This document shows positions 13,801 through 26,400 of a stretch of DNA of 64,000 bases, in pieces. Within the stretch, counting starts at the first letter, position 1; each line of letters starts with the position of its first letter. The translations under genes were made by a program, and so were the position numbers. This stretch comes from Magallana gigas. Its lineage: Eukaryota. The stretch spans positions 52,266,001-52,330,000 of the forward strand of contig NC_088856.1 in the NCBI RefSeq assembly GCF_963853765.1, given 5' to 3'. Below the pieces are notes generated by a model. The model was not told where the DNA came from, did not search any database, and saw only the letters and a list, made by a program, of their open reading frames with translations.

Positions 13801-16486
13801 ATCCAATATAGCAGACATAAAGACGATACAATGTAACAGAGATGCAGATTATCCAATATAGCAGACATAAAGACTGTCCAATATAATAACAAACATATGG
13901 ATAATCCAATATAACAGACATACCGACTATCCAATATAACAGACATAAACACGATACAATGTAACAGTGATACAGATTATCCAATTTGACAGACATACAG
14001 TTATAACAGACAAACAGACGATCCAATATAAAATACATATAGACGAGCCAGTATAACAGACATGCAATCGATCTAACATTGCGAACATTATGAATCATGC
14101 AGACTCATGATTCTATAACTTTTTGACAAAGGGATTTTGTTATCCTAAAGCACCGTTTATACAAAAACTAAAACGTCACCAAGTTTTGCATATATCAATC
14201 GAAGTTGTTAATTCAGTTTCAGAGATTAACTGGTCCATGACTTGGTATAGTAAAACACAATGGGTATTACTAAACGTTAATAACGCTACGTCCGTCATCA
14301 TCACGCTGGCTTACTGGACTCTCATCGCTTCAAGTAAGTGTCCGTCTTTACTGGACTTTCATCGCTTCAAGTAAGTGTCCGTCTTTACTGGACTTTCATC
14401 GCTTCAAGTAAGTGTCCGTCTTTACTGGACTTTCATCGCTTCAAGTAAGTGTCCGTCTTTACTGGACTTTCATCGCTTCAAGTAAGTGTCTGTCTTTACT
14501 GGACTCCCATTGCTTTAAGTTAGTGTCCGTCCTTACTGACTCCCATTGCTTTAAGTAAGTGTCCGTCTTTACTGGACTCCCATCGCTTCAAGTAAGTGCC
14601 AATCCCTACTGACCTTCATCATTTCAAGTAGGTGCACATCCTTAATTCTCAACGCTTTAAGTAAATGTTTATCCTTATTGACCCTCGTCGCTTCAAGTAT
14701 ATGTTCATCCTTATTGACTCTCGTCGTTCAAGTAGGTGTCTATCATTACTGAACTCACATCCATTCAAGTAAGTGTGCATCTTTACAAACTCTCATCGCT
14801 TATTGTAAGTTCCTATCCTTTCTGATTTTATGGCTTCTTTAAAGTATCCATCTTACTGAACCCTCATCACTTCAAGTACGTGTCTATGATTACTAATCTA
14901 TAATTGCTTCAACAAGTGTCCATCCTTACTGACTTTCATCGCTTCGAGTAAGTGTCTATTTTGTCCGATCTCTCATTGCTTCAAGTAACCGTCCATTATT
15001 ACTTAACTTTAACTAATTCGAGTAAGTGTCTATTTTTTCTCCACTTTTATCGTTTTAAGTAACTGTCCATCCTTACTAATAATCTTTCATCACTTCTAGT
15101 AAGTGTTCATTTTTTCTGAAGTTTCGTCGCTTTAAGTAACTGTCCATCCTTAGTGAGCTCCCATAGCTTTCAGTGTCTTTTTTCGGATATCTCATCGCTT
15201 TAAATAACAGTCTATCCTTACGGATCTATCATTGCACCAAATAAGTGTCTATTCTTACTGATCTATCATCTTTTTAAGTGTATATTTTTACTGATCTTTC
15301 ATCGCTTCTTCTAAGTGTCTATCGTTACTGACATCCATCGCTTCAAGTAAGTGTCCATCCTTACTGGACTCTCATCGCTTTAGATGTGTGTTCATTTTTT
15401 TTACCCTCATTGCTTTATTGTAAGTCTTCACCGTTATCAGAACCTCTTCGCAAAAAAAACTCTAATTGCAGAAAGAAAGATTTTACCCCTTAATAGAAAT
15501 TCATTGGTTTCAAATAATTTGGTTTTCTTTTTTTCTTTTTTTTTGTTCAAGGTCAAATTTAATGTTTATTGCATTTATCTTCATCCATGCTTGCCTCTAA
15601 TTACGCTTAAAACACCCATATTTCAAGTAAGTTTTTTTATTTTTTCAGAGAACCTCTGCTAAAAGGTGTTTCTTTTTGTTATTTTTTTTAAAAAACCTTC
15701 TATCTTCTAGTATTTCGTATCATTTTTTTTAAATACAGTTTTTTTTTACGATTATAATTTTAAACCCTCGTCAGTCATTGCTTTAAGTACAAGCAAGTAT
15801 ATATAACTGCACAATAATCAATACAAATAAATATAAGTTCTTACTGACACCTCGTCGCATTAAAGATTTATTTAAAGTTACTTAGTTCTTTGGAATATCG
15901 TTTCAAATACTTTTACAAAATGCAATGAATACAACATAATCCTATCCATAAAAGAAGTAACTATCTTTTTGTTTACAGAATACTAATTCCATCAAGAAAC
16001 ATCTTAATTCCAGATTTTTTTTCTTTGCATTTTCTTGATGATACACAAATGAATGACTTTATTTATGACAGATTTCTCAAATGTTGATTCAGCCTGGAAG
16101 TATTTTTCTTTTTAGATACACATGCAACGAGCATAAACAAACATGGTTTAAATTCTGTTTACGCCATCATCAACATTTTTATAACGGCCAAACCTATTAA
16201 CATCACGCACATGTGGCATCCCGTACTCTTTTCGCTGATTTATGTGGTATTTTCTGTGATATATCAGCTCGGGTTCGGTGTTCCACCAATATACACCGTG
16301 CTGGACTGGTCTAAACCAACCACAGCCCTGCTAACATCGGTGCCTTTGGTTTTCATTGGAGTCCCGTTGTGTCACGTGATGTTCTTTATTCTGTATAGAA
16401 CGCGCTGTGTAATATTTAGGAAATGCTGTCTGAAGAAGGATAAGGCAGAAACAAGTACCCGTCACTCAGACCTACAGGATGAATAG
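10865..16486 (+). CDS. Protein rolling stone-like / FAR-17a-AIG1 family multi-pass membrane protein, 4 exons
   Basis: Exons 10865-10939 (ends FVEFQ|GT), 13098-13320, 14217 or 14223-14333, 16116-16486; phases 0,1,1 are compatible. Motifs YLTNWG, YWTL, HGLNSV and IYTVLDW, plus several hydrophobic helices. Exon 1 is the least certain. Confidence 0.82.
13335..14065. repeat. Degenerate ~25 bp minisatellite (atccaatataacagacatacagacg) in intron 2
   Basis: Repeated acagacat and atccaatata cores fill most of the intron. Confidence 0.85.
14311..15381 (+). repeat. 37 bp minisatellite containing the exon 3 end and the GTAAGT splice donor
   Basis: Unit tactggact(c/t)tcatcgcttcaagtaagtgtccgtctt. Donors recur at 14334, 14371, 14408, 14445 and 14482, then the array decays; roughly 29 units. 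Confidence 0.93.
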
Positions 16487-16525
16487 GCATGATGGGATAC
16501 AGAAATAGATTTGTTTTTGGGGAAA

Positions 16526-16551
16526 ACAGACAGACAGACAGACAGACAGAC

Positions 16552-16593
<42 letters not shown>
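16526..16593. repeat. (ACAG)n(AG)n compound microsatellite in the 3' flank of the rolling stone-like gene
   Basis: Directly visible. Confidence 0.95.
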
Positions 16594-16595
<2 letters not shown>

Positions 16596-17460
16596 CAGAC
16601 AATGTCTGATTATCTAATTAATACAATTTATTTTACTGCAAAACAGATTATCACTGTTATATCTTTTTGGTCATATATATAATTTTTGTTATTGAGGGCG
16701 GGGGTAAACAAGGCTTTGTTTTAGCTTAAGTATTTCAATGTATAACGGCCGATATTTGTAACCATGATATCAATTTGAAGTTTTATCAAATAAAATTATT
16801 CCACCAAAGGAATTTTCAAAATGTTGATTATTGTCCGGTTAAATGCACCTTGAAATTTACTTTTAAGTGTACCATTAAAATAATGTAAAAAGTAACTTGA
16901 AATTTATACAAATCTCTTGCTGAATGTATATGCATAAACCTTCTCTTCGTTAAAATAAGTAATAAAATGAAACATTTACCGCAAATATTATGACAAAATT
17001 CAATTTTTCTTCCTTTCATCATGGGACATTACTCTTCAATATAGTTTTAAGATGCCAAATAACCGGACCCTTATATTTAGTCAGACATGTAAATTCGGTT
17101 CATTTCACTTTCCTTGTGATCTAGCTATACATATATAAGTAATCAAAAATAATTTAAAATTGTTCAATACCCCTTCATTATACATTGAATACCTTATTTT
17201 TTTTCCAAGCCCACAACCTTCCGTTAACTATTAATACATTCTTAGACTAATTCTATGCAGACGTAAGGAAAGTTCGTATTGAGTGTAATCTCCGAAAACA
17301 AAAGTGACATGGTTTTGTTAGATATGTACATTGAAGTAACAAAGATGAGCTGGCGTGAATAATCAACTTTAATGAGATCATTCTTATCTATATTTTGGAC
17401 GAAAACGTGGGCATTGCGAATAGATAACATTGTTGGGACCAAACGTTAAGGGCACTCAGT

Positions 17461-20400
17461 ATGAAAAGTCTGTTTCTTCTTTTATCCATTGTCTCAGCCT
17501 CAATATCCAAACCTGCTGACCTTGAATCGAGGCTGCAGGTTTTTGAGGTCACCTTGAAGAAACAGGAAATTGAAAACCGTGAATTAAAAGAAGAGGTGCG
17601 CTCATTGAAGACTGACAACCGGCAAATATTGATACAGCTGGCTCTGATGAGCGGAGCTACACGTGGGAACAGGCACGTGCTCTCACAGCGATTGCTTCAT
17701 CAAGGTAAAGGAAAATAAATAACATCTGCCAAATGATTCGATAACAATAGCGTAATCTTGAAAATGATATTTGGCGTATTTTTGTTCTATCGTTAATCTT
17801 TTCTCATTGTGCCGCCCGGACTTTATAATGATAAATATTTACATTTTTTATGTCTTATGTCAATACATTAGGAATCAAAGGATTAATGTTGGGTTTGTTT
17901 TAAAAGTTTATTTTCTCGCAAACATCGCATGTCTTAAAGTGCAGTCATCCTTTGCAACGTATAGTTCAATGCATTTCATCAATAACGTACCGTTGGAGAA
18001 CAAGCGGGTTGTGCTTTATTATGTGAAATGAAAATAATGTAAAAAATGTCAATGGTTAAATATCTAATCAACATTATATAAAAACACCTATTCTTTGAAC
18101 ATTATGATGACAGGTGATTATTATGATCGGGGTGTAATCATATTTAGCAAAAAACCTTAGAGCTTTATTGGATTTGATAATGCTCCAATCAAGTTCTCAA
18201 AAAATGATTCCTTATTTCTTAAATAAATTCATTAAACAAAATAGAGACCTGAATAAACAAGTTTATCATGTTAACAGGTATTCACTTTCTGAATTTATTT
18301 GAGAACATTTTCATATATTAATGATATAATACATTTTGCTGAAACGGTCAAATATTTTAATCTCAGAACTTAAAAAGAAACATAATTTACAATGGCAAAG
18401 CAAATGGAACTAATTAATAAGTCTGGAGTGAGCAAGATACAATATTTCTCGCTTATATAACTCCTGTCACTCCGGGACTGCCCGTTCTTAGGGCGATCTT
18501 GCTGCGTTCCTAAAAATGCAGAACGCCAAGGTGCACTTAGTAGAGTTTCCTACATTGGTGCAGCACCATAGCATCTTCATTGGTCGCGGCAGAGTCAAAA
18601 TGTACGCTATTCTACGACGCGTACTTTGAGCAAGCACAAAGTACGCTCCGCGGTTCGACGTTCTGATAAACACATAGTAGAAACGAAGCGGGATCGCCTT
18701 GGCAGCGCAGTAAGGTCCCCATGGTGGCCAGCAACGCCACCGTTAGCGCGCTTAAGTAATTCAGGTAGTTGCAGTATAGGTGCAGTGCATGATTTGTTGA
18801 CTGCGCTTGAACGGAGCCCTCTCGAAGTCCTTTGAAATATCACGACGTCAATATTTACATTCCACATATTTTTTGCTTATAAAGTGTTTTAAAAGCTACG
18901 GCAGTTTTGACACGTACTGTAATACACAGAGGGTACTTAATGGTTAAAATGACGACTTTTATTATGACGTCACAAACGTTGAACGCTTTAAACTGCAACG
19001 TCACAAGCGAAAATTAAAGTTCACGCTTGTGGCAGTTACAGTGGCTCTTCCATTAATATGAACTTACTCTCAGAATAAGATAGGAATTTTAAGGTATAAA
19101 CCCCCAAGAAGTTAAAAAAATGTAAATATTAGCATTAAATTTTAGCGTGCAACCCTATTGAATATAAAATATGAAAGCGGATAGGTACCCTCAGTTATCT
19201 TTCTGAGGACTAGTAGTTAAATATTCAGTATAAACATATACTGATTATAAAAACAAATCGACTGCCTGTCGTAGAATCAAGTATGTACAGGTATATATGC
19301 GCTGGCTCTAATATACAGGTTAGGCTCTTATGGCTCCGGCTCTTATAGCTCGGCTCTTATGGCCCCGGCTCTTTCAGCGCGGCTCCGGCTCTTCGTGGCT
19401 CCTGCTCTTCGTAGCTCCGGCTCTTACAGCAAGGTAATTATTGTTTATAAATTAAATAGAAAAAAAATATATACACAAAGTCAGGAAAGACTTGTTCAGT
19501 CACGTCTAGACTTCGTATATAATAAAAAAAAAACCCAAACAAAACACAATTGTAATTCTAAAGACAGTTACCTAATTATTTTCCAACCTTCCTGTAGCGC
19601 AGCTTTAGCATCGACTGACTTAACGCGCGAAACACTTCCTTATATAACCTTTTCAAACAACGCCACCTGGCGGACAAAAACTAACTAGAAAAACTGTTAG
19701 AGGCAGAACGACAATTTCCGGATTGTCACAATACCCACGCCTCAAAACCATGCGACCCCGCATGTAAGTAATAATAAAAAAAATACCCAAACATTTCTCT
19801 AATATCTTTAATAGTTTCATTAACGATAACTTTAACTATTGATTCAGGAGAGCTTCTTGCTTCCTGTACAACAATGTTTTAACAATTGTTTGTTCACTCT
19901 GGGCAGAAGTTTTCTCTTTGAATTACTCTTCTTCGATCATGACAATGTGCTCGGTCTCCTTCCTTCCACTTGGTGATTGTCCACTCAACTCTTCGTACTT
20001 TCTTCTCTATCTGCGTTGCCGAAGTACTAAATAAACTCGAAGGTCTGCAAATCTTTGGGCGTGCAGGAACCCCAGAAGAAGATACAAATGGTTCTTTACG
20101 CTTTGGAGCGAAAATTGGTAATGGCACAGTAGGTTTTCTATAGATCCTTCCAATATGTACTTCTTTCTGATCTTTCTCTTTGTGCTGCACTTCTTTCTCG
20201 CTTTCTGTCTCGGAGACATCACAAACAATGTTGTGAAGATTGCCAGGGTCTGCTTCTTTCCATTCACTGTCCGATCTTCTTCATCCACATCTGTTTCTTT
20301 TCTTTTCTCTTCATCTACAACCAGCACGCTTTTTGTCGTCTGATCCTGCTTATCTGTAGTGGTAGTGGATATTGCTTTCGGGGAAACTTGCTGGTCCAGC

Positions 20401-23400
20401 TCAGCATGCCTTTTCTTATGTCTCGTAAGGTTCCCCATCTTGTTCGTGGCAAATTCACAATCTTGTCGATCACAACCATATCTCTTATTAAGCTGCTTTA
20501 ACCCACATTCTGTAATGTGCTTTGTGATTTCATCCATATCAAAACTCTTAAACTTGCACATAGGACATTTCCGCTCCTTTCTGGGAGTTGTCTTCTTTTG
20601 TGGCATTTGTCTTTCTGGAAAGACATAAAAAAAATCGTCAAATATCAGTTTTCTCAAAGATGTATTTAAACGTGCAAAATCATACTAACTAAACATATCT
20701 TTCTGGGAGTTGTCTTCATTTGTGGCATTGTCTTTCTGGAAAGACATATTAAAAAAAATCGTCAAATATCAGTTTTCTCAAAGATGTATTTAAACGTGCA
20801 AAATCATACTAACTAAACATATCATTTTGGGAGTTAGACATTTTTTTCTACAATTCAACTACATAATCAGACAGATACTTGGGTCTTCGACGCTCCCTTA
20901 ACCTATCTGACAATCTCTCACAGTCTTCACTTTTGAGCTCATCGAGCTCTGCAGTATCAATTTTATCATCAGCTGTTAAAGGATTGGAAGACTTAGAGCT
21001 CGTCTCCTCATCCTGATAGGACTGGGCTCTTTTTGGCCTCATTCGGTCAACGTGAATGGCTTGCGGTTTTCTGTATGGACCACAGTTTACCCTATAGCTT
21101 ACATCGGATAACTTATCTTTCACGCGATATGGCCCTTTCCAAAATTGAGTCAATTTTGGAGATTTTCCGACTGCATATCTAGGGAAGTATACATACATTT
21201 CATGTCCTGGTGAAAACGTATTCCAACTTAACTTTGTATCATGGAAACTTTTCTGTCTCAACATGGAGCCAAATGAATTTTCTCTCACAAAGGTATGTGT
21301 CATTTCCATCTTCTCTTTTAGATCCCAAACCCATTGTTGTAATGTGATATCTTTGATCTGGGACGCCATTTCAAATGCAATATCTAGAGGTGTCCGAACC
21401 TCTCTTCCCAACATAAGATAATTGGGGCTAAATCCAGTGGATTCCTGTTCCACCGATCTATATGCCATAAAGACATATGGTAGTAACTCATCCCAGTCTG
21501 ACTGATGTTCATCAACCAATGACCTCAGCATGGTAATCAACGTTTTGTTAAACCTTTCAACAAGTCCGTCACATTGAGGGTGATATGGACTTGTTCTTGT
21601 CTTCTTGATATTCAACACTTTGCACATCTCTGTGAATATGTTTCCCTCAAATTGTTTTCCCTGATCTGCATGCAAAGAGCTCGGAATTCCAAATCTTGTC
21701 AGAACTTCTCGAACTAATAGTCTAGCAATGGTAACAGTCTCCATATTTGGCACAGCAAAGGCTTCTACCCACTTTGTAAAATAGTCACAAATTACCAGTA
21801 TGTACCGGTTACCATTCTCGGTTCTTGGTAATTCTCCCACTATGTCCAAAGCAATTGTGTTATGTTTTATGTTCATGAGAGTATTCCAGAATCTGACGTC
21901 GTGCTTTAAATGGAACGACTGCTTGGAAACTTGTTCCCTTCTCATCTTTCCATTTTCTATACAGTAATTCATCTTGAACCTGTAGAATATCTCTTTGTGC
22001 CCAAAGAGCTTTTGTCATTATCCCTCCATAACTTAGTTCTGTTTGACTGGGTTTTATATTTTCAAGGAGCCATTTTTTTACAAGACATATCTCCTTGTCT
22101 TCTTTTTGAAGATCTGCAAGGGAAATGTCATCGATTCCTGTTTCGTTGTGAACGTTATCTGTTTCCTTACTTCTAGTCTCAATACCACATACTTGATGTG
22201 TTGTTTTCTTTTCTGAAAAGGATTTCTTTGACTTCTCCATCTCCCAGTTTGGATTATACTTGCATTTATTACATGGACGGCGACTGAGTGCATCCGCATT
22301 TCGATGCTGAGAGCCAGAACGACGTTCTATAGTCATATCATACATGATTAGAATTTCCAGCCAACGTGCCAACTGACCTTCTGGTTGCTTAAAGTTTAGG
22401 AGCCATCTAAGCGAACCATGATCTGTACGAATGAGAAATTTTCTTCCATACAGATAATGTCTAAAATACTTGACAAAGGAAACAACTGCTAATAATTCCT
22501 TCTTTGTCACACAGTACTTCCGCTCCGATTTGGATAAAGTTCAGCTCGCAAATGCAATAACTTTCTCAGCTCCTCCTTGATTTTGTGAAAGCACAGCACC
22601 TATGGCTGAATCACTCGCATCTGTATCCAGAATGAAAGGTTCATTAAAATCTGGAAATGTAAGTATTGGAGCACGTGTCAATGCCAATTTTAACTTGTCA
22701 AATGCCACTTGGCATTCATCCGTCCATTTGAACTTGACATCTTTGTTTGTCAATTTATGTAGAGGTTTTGCTATTAAACCAAAATCCTTTACAAATCTCC
22801 GGTAATAACTACATAACCCTAGGAAAGCTCTAACCTCTTTGACTGTAGTTGGCTCAATCCATTCCTTAATTGTGTCTAGTTCTTAGGATCAGTTGCAACT
22901 CCTGACTGTGAAATGACATGACCTAAATAATCCACTTTATGTCCATACAAAGTACATTTCTTTGGCTTTAACTTTAGACCAGCTGAAAACAACCGATTAA
23001 AAACTTTCTGCAGATTTTCGGTCATTTCATCGAAAGTTTTACTGAACACAATTATATCATCTAGATATATCAGGCATGTTTCCCATTGGAGACCACACAA
23101 AACTGTCTTCATCAAGCGTTCGAAGGTCGCAGGAGCGTTACAAAGCCCGAATGGCATGACCTTGAACTGATAGAGTCCTTTCATTGTGATAAATGCCGTT
23201 TTAGGTCTATCTTTGGGATCAACTACAACCCGCCAGTATCCAGAGGAAAGATCTAATATTGAGAACCAACGAGCACCTGAAAGATGATCCAAGGTCTCGT
23301 TGATTCTTGGTAATGGATATGCATCCTTGATCGTGGCATCGTTGAGTCTCCTGTAATCAACGCAGAAACGAAAGCTTCCGTCTTTCTTACGAACAAGAAT

Positions 23401-26400
23401 CACACCGGAGGCCCAAGGGCTTGATGACTTTTCTATCACATCTTCCTATAGCATATCGTCTATTTGTTGATCTATGTGATCTTTCCAATGCACTGGGGTT
23501 CTTCTTAATGACTGGCGTATAGGTATCCGAGAACCTGTGTTAATAGAATGTTTCACAATATCTGTCCTACCAAAATCCTTGTCGTCTTTTGAGAATAACC
23601 CAGAATTGCGTAACAGCAGAGATTTTAACGCTTCTCTCTGTTTCACTTTTAGTGTACTGCTAGACCTATTAAACAAATCTTGCAGAGCTGGATTAAGTTG
23701 TTTTGCTTTCACCTTACTGATGTCTGTAGGTCCTTCTATCACGTCATCTACTGGAGAAAGATTTGCAACAACAGTGTCACTGTGTATAACTTGTACCTGC
23801 GAACTTAAATTCATGAGCCTCACAGGTACAACTTCATTATTAGAAACAAGAATTTTCCCTATTAGTCCCTTTTCTGACTTTAAGAACTCATCATCACCTT
23901 CAATTATGCTTGCACCTTCTGGCAATCTTTCTTTGTCTGGTATACAAACATTGCAGTTTGTGACAATTTCTGACCTTGGTGGTATGTGAATGGTGTCTGC
24001 CATGCTAACTCGAAAACATCCTATGTGGCCCTTCCGTATCATAGAAATAGAGTTATCCCTTATCTTCAGGATATGTTTCGGCACATCTACAACACCATCA
24101 AATTTGAGCAAAAAGTCCAAACCCAAGATAGCATCCAAAGATATGTCTGCAACAGCAACAGTTGAACCGTATATCAGCTTATCAATGGTTATTGGCAAAT
24201 CCAGCTTTCCATAGACCTTAAGCGGCTCGCTGTTGGCTGATAGCACAGGGTGTCCTACTTTTTCCAAGGAATTCAAAGTAGCAGTTTTACTAGATATTTT
24301 ATCAAATATTTCTTTTCTCAGCACCGATAGAGTGGCTCCCGTATCAACTATCATACATATACCCAGACCACAGATAGATGCCTCGATAAACATCCCAGCA
24401 TCTCCTACAACTCCTACTTTGTTGGAAGAGTTTGATGGATTTACCTTCTGTGTTCGGTCTTGCTTTTCGTTAGAAAACACTCTTCGAGACGAGTTTTCAT
24501 TTTTCTTTGAGCGGCACTCTTCCTTAATGTGACCTTTATTTCCACAGTTATGACATATGGCAGATTTTTTCCAATCCACATTTGAAAATCTCTTCTCCGA
24601 TTTTCCCTTTAGCTCCTTCAACTCCTTCATAATAATCTCCATTGATTTCTGAAGATCTAATTTTGATGCATTTACATCATTCAGCTCTGATGTAACTTTT
24701 ACGTCTGGAGAATTTTCTTGTCCCATTGCTCTTACTGAAGGAGTTACTGCTCCTAGTCTCTGCTCAGCCTTAAGGAATGCTTCTAGCTCAATGGCATTTC
24801 TAACTGCTTCGTTAAGGTTTCTCGGCCTTGCCTGCTTAATCCTTAAACGCATGTCTGATAGGGCAATTTTGCACATGCTTCGAAATGTGACTTGTAATCA
24901 AGCCATGATGTTGTTCCGTCGTATGTCGCAGGTTTGATATTTGGAGCATTTTTCCGGCTCGCCGATGGATTAACAGAGCTCGTGCCCTGTATATCAGGAA
25001 GACGTGGCTCTCTTCTGGTCGGAGAACGTGTTTTTCTTCTAAATGTTATATTTTCCACTGGTCCCCGGGGTGTATCTATTGGCATCTGCTTATCATCTCT
25101 GTGTAGATAGGGGCTCAGATCATAGTCATCCCTTGCAAAAGCGTTGACTGTTTTGGACCCTAATGTGACTGATTTCTTTATATTCCCACCATTTATACCA
25201 GCTCCATCATCTTCCAAGAACTGGGCAGTAGCAATACCTAAATCAGGAGTATTTTGGCTATGGGGTCTGCTAGTTCCAGCAGGGGTAGAATGGGCGCGTT
25301 CTTCAATTTCATACGCAGCGATTTGCTGTTCCAGCTCTCTGATTGTTGCGTTTATGTCCTCCAAATCCATGCTCAATCAATCAAGCAATGACAGTTAAAC
25401 ACAATTGAAACTACTAGTGATTATCCCACCGCGTGCAACCCTATTGAATATAAAATATGAAAGCGGATAAGTACCCTCAGTTATCTTTCTGAGGACTAGT
25501 AGTTAAATATTCAATATATACATATACTGATTATAAAAACAAATCGACTGCCTGTCGTAGAATCAAGTATGTACAGGTATATATGCGCTGGCTCTAATAT
25601 ACAGGTTAGGCCCTTATGGCTCCGGCTCTTATAGCACGGCTCTTATGTGTCCGGCTCTTTCAGCGCGGCTCCGGCTCTTCGTGGCTCCTGCTCTTCGTAG
25701 CTCCGGCTCTTAGAGCACGGTAATTATTGTTTATAAATTAAATAGAAAAAAATATATACACAAAGTCAGGAAAGACTTGTTCAGTCACGTCTAGACTTCG
25801 TATATAATAAAAAAACCCAAACAAAACACTATTGTAATTCTAAAGACAGTTACCTAATTATTTTCCAACCTTCCTGTAGCGCAGCTTTAGCATCGACTGA
25901 CTTAACACGCGAAACACTTCCTTATATAACCTTTTCAAACAACGCCACCTGGCGGACAAAAACTAACTAGAAAAACTGTTAGAGGCAGAACGACAATTTC
26001 CGGATTGTCACAAAATCATGATTTTTTGAAAGATACAGTCTCATAATTGCAGCCATGTGTAGATACAAATTTTCATAACGCTCTGACCTCAATTTATATG
26101 CACACACCCCTGCAGTTATGAGACTGTATCTTTTAAAACATCATGATTCAATGTTATAGTATTGTGCACGCAGACAGTGCATGGAGCAAGCATTGAACGC
26201 GAGGTAAAATTCTTAGCAGGTCATTAGCACTCGGTGTGAGCGCTGTCAAACGCCATGCGATTAGAACTCCATAGGCACGCAGATAAGCGCCGAAGAAGCG
26301 CCATGAAAACGTTTCAGTCGCCGTCTTTTCCTTGTAAAAAATTTATTTCAAAATGTTCAAATTTTTAAAAATTTCCTGCGATTTCACGGCGATTCAAGAA

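Larger units (their letters stand above)
19148..26012 (-). mobile_element. Ty3/Gypsy LTR retrotransposon, full-length but decayed
   Basis: Two ~580 bp LTRs with TG...CA ends on the minus strand; domain order gag-PR-RT-RNaseH-IN; PPT-like gaggcgtgggtat before the 3' LTR; partial PBS-like gcggtgggat after the 5' LTR. No clean target-site duplication. Confidence 0.96.

Noticed and set aside
14311-15381. CRISPR-like periodicity (37 bp here; also the 25 bp array at 38416-38818 and the 60 bp array at 48774-49462)
   Set aside because: Units are head-to-tail or separated only by microsatellite. There are no unique spacers and no cas genes, and the context is eukaryotic.
18488-18867. Three short overlapping ORFs in a GC-richer intronic block
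   Set aside because: No domain motifs; better explained as a non-coding transposon remnant.
19731-19745. PPT-region sequence gaggcgtgggt resembles part of a recalled tRNA-Leu
   Set aside because: An 11 nt match recalled from memory, at the expected polypurine-tract position; most likely coincidence.
19894-20657. Calling Gypsy ORF3 an env gene
   Set aside because: No signal peptide, furin site or TM anchor; the sequence is zinc-finger and charged.
20155-25398. Plus-strand ORFs within the Gypsy element (e.g. 23537-23989, 25144-25398)
   Set aside because: Antisense shadows of gag/pol/ORF3 with no recognisable motifs.
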